This document shows positions 10,636 to 18,994 of a stretch of DNA of 64,000 bases, piece by piece. The first letter of the stretch is position 1, and the number at the start of each line of letters is the position of its first letter. The translations under genes and the position numbers were made by a program. Origin of the DNA: Bacteriovoracia bacterium (GTDB taxonomy: Bacteria; Bdellovibrionota; UBA1018; JBFWNL01); the NCBI GenBank assembly GCA_050251055.1, contig JBFWNL010000001.1, positions 747,825 to 811,824 of the forward strand, in the 5' to 3' direction. The notes under the pieces are model-generated. The model did no database searches. It saw only the letters and a program-made list of their open reading frames with translations, and was not told the origin of the DNA.

Positions 10636-11382
10636 TCAGGCCATCGAAGAAACAGAGGTGTGCTTGCGCTTGTCTTTCTTATTTGCCTTGCCCTTGCGCA
10701 CCTCACCCCAGTAAAGCTTCAGAAACGCGATGCCGGTTTGCAGGCTTGGCGAGCCTTCGCGGTTATCGATGCGCGAAGCTTCATACGTAGGGAACTCCAC
10801 AATCTTGAGGCCTAACTTGAAAGCCCGAATAGAGCTTTGATACTCGATCGTGTACCCTGGGCCATCGAGCTCAAGCTGCGCCCAGGCTTTCTTTGTAATG
10901 GCGCGGAAGCCATTAATCGTGTCGGTAACATACCCCCCGCGCAGCGTAGGGCCCAGGTTCCAGGTCACGTTCGCCATGAGCGTGAAGGCGTTGTTCGCCC
11001 ACTTACGCAGCGGAAAAAGCAGCTCGTCTTCCTCGTTATGCGCGCCCTTCACCATGCGGGTGCCGATCACGATATCGCCGCCACCTTCCAGATGCGGACG
11101 GAACTTCGGGATGTCGGCGGCGTCTTCGTTGCCGTCGGGGCTGTAGAAAATCAAGGCGTCGCCGGTGGCGCGGCGGAACGCCTCGCGAAAGGCTTCGCCG
11201 CGGCCGCGCACGGTCTGTGGATAAACGGTGACGCCATTTTCACGTAAGAATTCGATCGTACCGTCGGTGCTGCCCCCATCGATGGCAAAAACCTCATCCA
11301 CCGCGTTACGCGGAATCTTCGCGAAAACCTCGCGCAGGCCGACGATTTCATTCAAAGTCAAGATAACGAGGGAAATTTTCAT
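10636..11382 (-). CDS. Glycosyltransferase family 2 (DPM synthase / ArnC-like)
   Basis: VILTLNE, IDGGSTDGT, GRGEA, SPDGNED, TDTINGFRA. Confidence 0.9.
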   Translation of the reverse strand: MKISLVILTLNEIVGLREVFAKIPRNAVDEVFAIDGGSTDGTIEFLRENGVTVYPQTVRGRGEAFREAFRRATGDALIFYSPDGNEDAADIPKFRPHLEGGGDIVIGTRMVKGAHNEEDELLFPLRKWANNAFTLMANVTWNLGPTLRGGYVTDTINGFRAITKKAWAQLELDGPGYTIEYQSSIRAFKLGLKIVEFPTYEASRIDNREGSPSLQTGIAFLKLYWGEVRKGKANKKDKRKHTSVSSMA

Positions 11383-13310
11383 TTATGGGGTCCCGTCGCG
11401 CCGGGGAGCTGTTTATTACCACCGGTCGGCAAGGCGCGGTTACGGCCGCCGGAGTGCTGAAATAGAATACGCGCGAAAGAAAGCGCGCTGAGTACGCGGT
11501 TGCGACGACGGCGTGCCTGGATGGCTTTGCGCTCGAGCGTGGGGCATTCACTGAACTGATTGCCGTTCTGCAACGCCTTCACCGTCATCTCGAACATGGC
11601 GTTCTCGCCGCCCTCATGGAGATTAAGCTTCGAAATCGCCGTCTTCTTGAACCCCCGGAAGAGATTGTTGCAGTCGCTGACATTGGCGTTGAAAAGCACG
11701 CTCAGCAGGAACGAGAAAAAACGATTCCCCACCGAACGATAGAGCGCGTTTTTCTCGGACTCACGCGCGCCGCCCGGCATGAAACGGCTGGCGATCACGA
11801 GCGCATGACCTTGCTTCAAGCGAATAAGCAAACGCGGAATATCCTCGGGACTGTCGGCGCCGTCGCCACCAAACACGACGACATTCTCGCACTCGGTCGT
11901 CGCGACCGCACGGCGCAAGAGCTCGCCCTTGCCTTCGCTGCGGCCCGGAGTACCGCGTACGACGCGAAAACCGCGTTTAGCAAAAGCCGTACAGGCTTCC
12001 TCATCGGCGCGGTCGTTGCCGCCTTCGACGAAAACCAAATCCTGGAAGCTCGCCACCGGCAACGCGTCCAGCATCATCTGCGCCGCGCGGCCATCACCCT
12101 TGGACATAACAATCAAGGCCGCCTTCTCCTGCGCCACCGATTCCTGGGCGAAGTAAGAGTGAAACACGTCTACGATGTATTCCCGCTCGATCTCGGTGAT
12201 GTTCTGATGGCAGCCGAAGTAAAAACCGCTCTCGTTCACCCACTTGGCGACCGGGAAATCTTCCTCACGCACGCCGAGCAGCTCCTTATAAAAAGGCTGG
12301 TTGATCAGCGGGAGCATGTCGCGCGTTTCAATTCCATGCGACTCGAGGTAACTCACCAAGCCGCGCTTCTGATCCTTCCGCACCACTATCGGGAACATCA
12401 TGAATGCATGGCCCGCGCCCTCGCGTAGAGCCGGCAGCTGGATGTGCTTTTCGAGCGGCCTGAGCTTCTGCAAGAAATACTGGGCATTATCCCAGCGTTT
12501 GCGCATCATCTGCTCGTGATCTTCGAATTCAGCCAGCCCCAACGCGCCTTCCATTTCGGTGACGCGATAGCTGTAGCCCATCTGCACAAAAGAGAAGCGG
12601 CGCTGGATGATGAGCTCCATCTCTTCTTTCGATTTGTTCTTGTCGTCGTCGATGCTGATGTAAATCGAATCGCGGCCGTGATTCATTAAAGAGCGCAGCT
12701 GCACGGCCAAGTCCGGATCGTTCGTGGTGCAAAGCCCGCCCACCCCCGTCGTCAGAATATGCGCAACGTAAGTGGAGAAGCAACCGACGTCGCTCATTGC
12801 TCCGACCGACTTGCCGTTGAGCTTCGTAAACATCGTCTCGCACGAATCTTCGATCATGCGCAGGTTATGCTTCTTGGCGATGGCGCCGATGCGCTCCATA
12901 TCGCAGGGATGCCCGAAGAGGTGAACGGGAATAATGCAACGGGTGCGCGGCGTGATCGCGGCTTCGATCAAGTCGGGATTCAATTCGTAGTAGACGGGAT
13001 CCACATCTACGAAGACAGGCTTCATCCCATTTTGCAACACGACATTGGAGGTCGCGATGAAGGTGACGGCCGGGACGATAACCTCGTCGCCGTCCTTCCA
13101 GCCGTAGCGATTCTTCAGAGCGGCGAGCGCGATCTGCAGGCTGCTCGTGCCGCTGTTCGTCATAACCGCAAATCGGCAGTCATGCGCTGCCGCAAAAAGG
13201 CGTTCAAATTTCTGGGTGAAATAACCGTAAGAGAGGCGCTCGGAGTTGAGGACCTCATTCACGTATTTACGTGATTTTTCAGTGATTTTGAAGGTTCCGA
13301 CGCCAATCAT
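11379..13310 (-). CDS. DegT/DnrJ/EryC1/StrS PLP aminotransferase fused to a C-terminal GT2 domain
   Basis: N-terminal NSGTSSL, VPAVTFIAT, PVHLFG, IEDSCE, HILTTGVGG; C-terminal GKGELLR, GDGADSPEDIP, IASRFMPGG, SDCNNLFRGF. Probable start ATG 13310. Confidence 0.88.
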   Translation of the reverse strand: MIGVGTFKITEKSRKYVNEVLNSERLSYGYFTQKFERLFAAAHDCRFAVMTNSGTSSLQIALAALKNRYGWKDGDEVIVPAVTFIATSNVVLQNGMKPVFVDVDPVYYELNPDLIEAAITPRTRCIIPVHLFGHPCDMERIGAIAKKHNLRMIEDSCETMFTKLNGKSVGAMSDVGCFSTYVAHILTTGVGGLCTTNDPDLAVQLRSLMNHGRDSIYISIDDDKNKSKEEMELIIQRRFSFVQMGYSYRVTEMEGALGLAEFEDHEQMMRKRWDNAQYFLQKLRPLEKHIQLPALREGAGHAFMMFPIVVRKDQKRGLVSYLESHGIETRDMLPLINQPFYKELLGVREEDFPVAKWVNESGFYFGCHQNITEIEREYIVDVFHSYFAQESVAQEKAALIVMSKGDGRAAQMMLDALPVASFQDLVFVEGGNDRADEEACTAFAKRGFRVVRGTPGRSEGKGELLRRAVATTECENVVVFGGDGADSPEDIPRLLIRLKQGHALVIASRFMPGGARESEKNALYRSVGNRFFSFLLSVLFNANVSDCNNLFRGFKKTAISKLNLHEGGENAMFEMTVKALQNGNQFSECPTLERKAIQARRRRNRVLSALSFARILFQHSGGRNRALPTGGNKQLPGATGPHK

Positions 13311-13367
13311 AGGGGCCCCACAGCTATACCCCCAACGGGAGGCCTTCGACAAGGCTATTCCGAGACA

Positions 13368-13409
13368 CCCGTAGACCTGTCCCTTCGCGAGGAAATCCAG
13401 GTCTACGGG
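13368..13409. terminator. 12-bp inverted repeat hairpin (possible terminator or stabiliser)
   Basis: CCCGTAGACCTG (13368-13379) / CAGGTCTACGGG (13398-13409), just downstream of the minus-strand gene ending at 13437; no clear U-tract. Confidence 0.45.
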
Positions 13410-13436
13410 GCACTACTAAAATACTAACTTTTAAAA

Positions 13437-14009
13437 TCAGTGCTGCCCTTGACACACCAAAGAAAAGGGCTCGTCTGCGGAGCTACCGCCGACCGTCGTC
13501 GTTAGCACGGTGATCGAGTTCGCCGAGTTGACCTTACAGGCAACAACAATAGCTGCGTCACGATTTACTGAGCAGGTGCAAACCGGCTTCGCTGAAAAGT
13601 AGCCGCTCACCAAGTTAACCGTATAGTTGCCGGTGCTGTTATGATTTACATCATCAACCCAAGAATCCGCCGCAGGGCCACTGGAATTGAACTGGCCACA
13701 CGGTGTAGAAGTACATCCAGTAACATCAGTCCCGGCCCCGATGACGATTCTTTCTGACCGCTCCGATGTACCCACACTCGTCACCGCCGACGTTCCGGTT
13801 GGAGGAGATAGGGTCAACGTATTGTTAAGGTGATCAATCCCCTTAAACTGCCCCGAACCCACGTCATAATAAATCTGCCCCGCGAACGTATAAGGCAAGC
13901 TTGCACCACTCGGCAGGCTCGGCGCACCAAAGTCATAGGTTCCTAACATAGATTCCGCACTTGCATTGACCGACAGCAACAAAACAAAACAAGACAACGA
14001 CAGACGCAT
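13437..14009 (-). CDS. Secreted hypothetical protein with Cys-containing beta-rich C-terminus (fibre/adhesin-tip-like)
   Basis: Signal peptide MRLSLSCFVLLLSVNASA; GQIYYD and GNYTVNL..YFSAKPVCTCS..FSLVCQG; lower GC than flanks. Confidence 0.6.
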   Translation of the reverse strand: MRLSLSCFVLLLSVNASAESMLGTYDFGAPSLPSGASLPYTFAGQIYYDVGSGQFKGIDHLNNTLTLSPPTGTSAVTSVGTSERSERIVIGAGTDVTGCTSTPCGQFNSSGPAADSWVDDVNHNSTGNYTVNLVSGYFSAKPVCTCSVNRDAAIVVACKVNSANSITVLTTTVGGSSADEPFSLVCQGQH

Positions 14010-14152
14010 AGGTTTCAAATATCCTTTCAATTTATTTGTTTTTGAAACGAGTCACCAGTCTGGGGACGCGGTCCGCGTCAGTGCCACCTAAGATAATTTA
14101 TTCAAAATGGATTTGATTAACGCCAAGCAGATGTGACGGACCGGAGAAAAAC

Positions 14153-15883
14153 TCAATCCCCTCGCCGCCCCGCCAACTCCAAAGCCGTCCGACCGTGCTC
14201 GTCCCTCAGCCGGGGATCGGCGCCCTTGCCGATCAGGAAATTCAAGAAGTCCGCCGGCGCACGCGCGGCCACCGCGTAATGCAAAACACTGCGGCCATTG
14301 CGATCCCGGTCGCGGGCGGAAATGCCCGCCTTGAGCGCATCCGAAACGAGCAGCTGCACGGCAGGCGAAAGTCGTCCGCGGCGCGTGCTCTCTCCCTCTT
14401 CGCCCGAGCCCGCGGCAATATCCAAAATCAGCATCGCGGCGTTGCGACCGCGGCGGTCACGCCCTTGCATTTCCAGCTTAGGTAGGGCCAAGAAATATTT
14501 CAAAACATCATCGCCGCCCCAACCCACGTCCGCCCCGCTGAGATCGAGTCGATGCCGCTCGATCGCGCGGAAAAACGGGGTCAACCCCTCGGCGTCGATC
14601 ACGGCGGTCGGCGAGGCGCCGTTGGTCACGAGGTATTTCACGAGATCCAGCTCTCCCAAGCGAACGGCTTCGTGCAAGAGCGTCTCGCCACGTTCGTTCT
14701 TGGCGCTTAGGCGCGCGCCCTTTTTCAGCCAGAACTTCAGCACGGGCTCCCGCACCGAAAACTCGAGCCGGGCGGCCCCGGCCGCGAATAGGCTGCGATC
14801 GCGTAGGGTCTGCGGCATCCCATCCCAAAAAAGTTTCTCGACCAGCTCCAAGGACCCCAGCTGCGAAGCGAACCCCGCCGGGGGCAGCCCGGTCTGCTGG
14901 TTCACGACGTCACGCTTGGATCCCAGCTTCAATAGCTCGTCTACCACGACCGGACGGAAGTTCTCATTCGCGACGAACCCGCGGATGGCGGCATCGATGG
15001 TGCTCTTGCCGTGGGCGTCGAGCTTGCCGCCGTTTTGCAAAAGGAGCCGCAGCACTTCCAGATTGCCCAGGTAAGCCGCGAGGTCGACCGGCGATTCGGC
15101 CTGGTTGGGCTCGGGCCCCATCATCCCCACCGTGTTCACATCGACGTGCTCGTCCAGGCAGAACTGCACGAGACTGGGAGAATTCATCTGAATGGCCTTG
15201 CCCAAAAGCTTGGTGCGCGCTTCCAACCCCGCAAATGGAAAGAGCACCTGGAGCATGTCGACCCGCTGTTCGTTGGCGGCGAGCAACACGAGCTTTTCCC
15301 GGCGAGATTGATCGAGGTACTTCAACTGCGCGTGCTGCTTCACCCCAGCCAAGTCGCCGTTTTCAATGGCGGCCTCGACCAAAAGCTCGACCTCGGCACC
15401 CATTCCCTCTTTGTACTCGGCGATCCAACCCGGGACGAAGTAGACCGAAACAAAAATAATGGTGAGGGCCGAGGGGATCGTGAAAACCCGCAGGGGCGTA
15501 TGAAGCAGGTGATGGTCAATGGCCGGATCCGAGCGTTTGGCCAGAAAATAGAAAACGATGCTTAGAACCCCGAGCAGGAGCGAGACGATCAGGCCCTCGC
15601 CCCCGCGGCCAAAGCTTAAGACGTGCAGAAAATGAATGTGCACGGCCAACGCCAAAAATCCCAGGGCCGCGAACTCGTAGCGATACCCCAGGCGCTTTTT
15701 CATCTGTCGCAGGGAGATCAGCGTCGAACCCAAGCCCAGCGCATAGGTATAGCTAAGGAGCATGCCGGCCGCCACCGTCGGATCGAACGAAGCCACGAGC
15801 TCCTGCTGCGAAGGAATCTGCAGCAGCAGAAAGATAAAGCCGCACAAAAGCGTGAAGGCGACCGATACAGAAAAATAAACCAT
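14153..15883 (-). CDS. Ankyrin-repeat protein with N-terminal multi-TM region
   Basis: GETLLHEAVRLG, GLTPFFRAIE, GRSVLHYAVA, GRTALELA repeats; about 5 N-terminal TM helices. Confidence 0.85.
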   Translation of the reverse strand: MVYFSVSVAFTLLCGFIFLLLQIPSQQELVASFDPTVAAGMLLSYTYALGLGSTLISLRQMKKRLGYRYEFAALGFLALAVHIHFLHVLSFGRGGEGLIVSLLLGVLSIVFYFLAKRSDPAIDHHLLHTPLRVFTIPSALTIIFVSVYFVPGWIAEYKEGMGAEVELLVEAAIENGDLAGVKQHAQLKYLDQSRREKLVLLAANEQRVDMLQVLFPFAGLEARTKLLGKAIQMNSPSLVQFCLDEHVDVNTVGMMGPEPNQAESPVDLAAYLGNLEVLRLLLQNGGKLDAHGKSTIDAAIRGFVANENFRPVVVDELLKLGSKRDVVNQQTGLPPAGFASQLGSLELVEKLFWDGMPQTLRDRSLFAAGAARLEFSVREPVLKFWLKKGARLSAKNERGETLLHEAVRLGELDLVKYLVTNGASPTAVIDAEGLTPFFRAIERHRLDLSGADVGWGGDDVLKYFLALPKLEMQGRDRRGRNAAMLILDIAAGSGEEGESTRRGRLSPAVQLLVSDALKAGISARDRDRNGRSVLHYAVAARAPADFLNFLIGKGADPRLRDEHGRTALELAGRRGD

Positions 15884-15980
15884 TCCCGCGGGAGTCTAAC
15901 AAAAAAGATATGAGATCGCACGAAGCCTGTGTAGGATGATCGAGAGAACGGCCAAAAACCACCGGGAGGCCCCGCGAGCC

Positions 15981-17327
15981 ATGAGCGCGCCGATTCCACC
16001 AAACCCCACGCCTACGCCTCGGCACAAAGCCATCGTCGAGAGCTTCCGCGAATCGTGGCCCGGGCTTCACAAGGACGCCCGGGTGGAAATCTTTCGCCGC
16101 CTCACCCGCCTCGAAGCCGAAGACCTGTTTCTCAGCCTAGCCGCCAACGACCAAGCCGAGATCTTCCACGACATGCCCGAGAGCGAACGCCGCTCGTGGT
16201 TACGCATGCTCGAGCCCGACGACGCGGCCGATCTCATCCAACAACTCCCACCCGATGAGCGCGACCAGGCATTCAAGCTGCTCGACGTATCCGCCCGCAA
16301 CGAAGTTTCGGCGCTGATGGCCTACGAAGAAGACGCCGCGGGCGGTCTCATGAACCCCCGTTTCGCGCGCCTACGGCCGGAAATGCGGGTGGACGAAGCG
16401 ATCTCTTACCTACGCGCCCAGGCCAAGAGCCAGGTGGAAAATCTGTATACCGCCTATGTGCTAGACTCCCAGCAGCATTTGATGGGAGTGGTTTCGTTCC
16501 GGGACCTTTTTCGAGCCTCCCCCGATAAGTCCGTGAACGAAATCATGGAAAAGCAGGTGATGAAGATCCCCGACGACATGGACCAGGAAGAGGTCAGTCG
16601 TCACTTTTCCAAGCACAACCTCACCATCATGCCCGTGGTCGATAAGGAAAATAAAATGAAGGGCGTGGTCACGATCGACGACATCGTCGGCGTCGTGCAG
16701 GAAGAGGCCACGGAGGACATCCATAAGTTAGGCGGTATGGAGGTGCTCGAAGCGCCGTACCTCAACATCGGGTTCTTTAAGATGATCCAGAAGCGGGCGG
16801 GCTGGCTGACGATCCTATTCCTGGGCGAAATGCTCACGGCCGCCGCGATGGGCTATTACGAAAAAGAAATCGAGCGCGCGGTGGTCTTGGCGCTCTTCAT
16901 TCCGCTCATTATCAGTAGCGGCGGCAACTCGGGCTCGCAAGCCACGACCCTCATTATTCGCTCGCTCGCCCTGGGCGAGGTGAAGCTGCGGGACTGGTGG
17001 CGAGTGCTGCGCCGGGAGCTGGCTTCTGGCCTTACCCTGGGGTTGATTCTAGGCGCGATCGGCCTCATGAAAATCGTCTTTTGGCCCTCGAGCGAAAAGC
17101 TTTACGGCGAACATTATAAGATGTTGGGCTGCGCCGTCGGGGCTAGCCTCCTGGGGGTGGTGCTTTGGGGTACCGTTGTGGGATCGATGCTTCCCTTCTT
17201 GCTTCGTCGACTCGGGCTAGATCCCGCTAGCGCCTCTGCCCCATTTGTCGCAACCCTCGTGGACGTGACTGGGTTAGTGATCTATTTCTCCGTGGCGAGT
17301 CTCTTTCTGCATGGGGCGATGATCTGA
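15981..17327 (+). CDS. mgtE: Magnesium transporter MgtE
   Basis: MgtE N-domain, CBS pair, EEATEDI, SGGNSGSQA, DPASASAPFVATLVDVTG. Confidence 0.96.
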   Translation: MSAPIPPNPTPTPRHKAIVESFRESWPGLHKDARVEIFRRLTRLEAEDLFLSLAANDQAEIFHDMPESERRSWLRMLEPDDAADLIQQLPPDERDQAFKLLDVSARNEVSALMAYEEDAAGGLMNPRFARLRPEMRVDEAISYLRAQAKSQVENLYTAYVLDSQQHLMGVVSFRDLFRASPDKSVNEIMEKQVMKIPDDMDQEEVSRHFSKHNLTIMPVVDKENKMKGVVTIDDIVGVVQEEATEDIHKLGGMEVLEAPYLNIGFFKMIQKRAGWLTILFLGEMLTAAAMGYYEKEIERAVVLALFIPLIISSGGNSGSQATTLIIRSLALGEVKLRDWWRVLRRELASGLTLGLILGAIGLMKIVFWPSSEKLYGEHYKMLGCAVGASLLGVVLWGTVVGSMLPFLLRRLGLDPASASAPFVATLVDVTGLVIYFSVASLFLHGAMI

Positions 17328-17418
17328 TTTCTGACTAAAATAGTCTGTTTTCAGCTAATCTCAGCCATTCGCACCCCTCTATTGACATGATGCATCGTTT
17401 AAAATACCGCTATGCGTT

Positions 17419-18960
17419 ATGGGTCTGATCTTTCGCTGGGTAGTGGTGGCGCTTGCACTAGAACTGATGCCGGTCGTGGCTTATTCGCACGACGGCACCG
17501 AACCCGCGGAACCCGCCCCCGACCGCTTAGTCGCCATCGGCGACACGCACGGTGATTTCGACACGATCATAAAACTCCTGCAAGCCCCCGCGGTGGGAAT
17601 CCTGGATAAAGACCTTCGCTGGGCGGGCCAACGCACGCACCTAGTAGTCACAGGCGACATGCTCGATCGCGGATCCCGCGGCTTTGACATCATTAAGCTC
17701 TTCATGCGGCTGGAGCGCGAAGCCGCCCGTGCCGGCGGCAAGGTGACCGTGCTTTTGGGCAATCACGAAGTGATGAACCTCACCGGCTTCTATCGCGACG
17801 TGTATCCCGACGAATACGGGCGCTTCGCTGGCGAAGAGAGCAGCGGACTCCGGCGCGAAACCACCCAGGCCCTCAAGGAATTCCTCACCACGCCTCGGCC
17901 CGAACTTGCCGAGAAGAAAATGTACGAAAAGATGTACATGGACATCGTCAAAGGCGGTGCCCCTACGAAGCGTGATGACAGCGACGACGAGGAAGGCTGG
18001 TTCGACTCCCTCGTCACCCGCGTGTTCGTCGGTCGCGCCAGCTCCAAGCAAAAACCCACTAAGGAAGAAGCCGAACGCCAGATCCAGGAAACGATTGATC
18101 GCGGCTTCGCTCGGCGCTTCCCGCCCGGCTACTTCGCACGCCACCGTCAGCTCAGCCTTCAGCACGAAATCGGCCGCTGGCTACTTTCGCGCAAGGGTAT
18201 CGCGCGCATCGGCAGCACGCTATTCATGCACGGCGGGCTCTCGCTGGAATGGTCGCGCACGCCGTTCGCTGAACTCGAGCGACGCTTCAGCGATGAGCTC
18301 GTGGAATTCAAGAACCTGGTCGCTCGTTTAGAAAAACTGGGGCTCTATCGCTCGGAGCTAGGCTACGACGTACTCAGCCAGCTCTTGAACGCCGAGCTGC
18401 GGAAGGCCGGCCCGAAACCACCCACCCTCGTCAGCCCGAGCGGCAAAGAGATTGGCGCGCCGATCGTGGTGCCCGCTCCCGAGCGTGAGGTGATCCAGAT
18501 CGCCCGCAGGATCCGCGAAATCGAAACCGGCCCTGGCTTCGACTACGGTGGCATCCTTTGGTATCGCGGTTGGGCCACCGGCTCCCAAGGCCGCAGCGAA
18601 GAAGCGCAAGTCGACGAGATGCTGGCGAATCAGAAAGCGAAGCGGATGGTCGTCGGTCACACCGTGACGCAATCCAAGCGGATTGAAGCCCGCTTTAACC
18701 AAAAAGTCTGGCTCATCGACGTGGGAATGAACCACGCCTTCTACCAGGGACAACCGGAAGCGCTCGAGATCCTCCAGGACACCGAGATCCGCGTGCTGCC
18801 GCTCGAAGGCCCGGCGTATGCCGTGGGGGAGAAACCCACCGCGCCTAAGTCGATATATTCCGCGCCCTCGAAGGAACCGGCTCGCTTACCACCGGTCGTG
18901 GTGCCACCGCCGAAGTACCCGGTGGACGACTCGCCGCCTTCGCCACACGGACGGTCATAA
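17419..18960 (+). CDS. Exported Shewanella-like (Shelph) metallophosphoesterase
   Basis: Signal peptide; GDTHG, GDMLDRG, GNHE, HGG, LWYRG, VVGHT, IDVGM motifs; Pro-rich tail. Confidence 0.88.
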   Translation: MGLIFRWVVVALALELMPVVAYSHDGTEPAEPAPDRLVAIGDTHGDFDTIIKLLQAPAVGILDKDLRWAGQRTHLVVTGDMLDRGSRGFDIIKLFMRLEREAARAGGKVTVLLGNHEVMNLTGFYRDVYPDEYGRFAGEESSGLRRETTQALKEFLTTPRPELAEKKMYEKMYMDIVKGGAPTKRDDSDDEEGWFDSLVTRVFVGRASSKQKPTKEEAERQIQETIDRGFARRFPPGYFARHRQLSLQHEIGRWLLSRKGIARIGSTLFMHGGLSLEWSRTPFAELERRFSDELVEFKNLVARLEKLGLYRSELGYDVLSQLLNAELRKAGPKPPTLVSPSGKEIGAPIVVPAPEREVIQIARRIREIETGPGFDYGGILWYRGWATGSQGRSEEAQVDEMLANQKAKRMVVGHTVTQSKRIEARFNQKVWLIDVGMNHAFYQGQPEALEILQDTEIRVLPLEGPAYAVGEKPTAPKSIYSAPSKEPARLPPVVVPPPKYPVDDSPPSPHGRS

Positions 18961-18994
18961 ACGGACGAGGCACATAGTTCACAGGGGTTAACAG

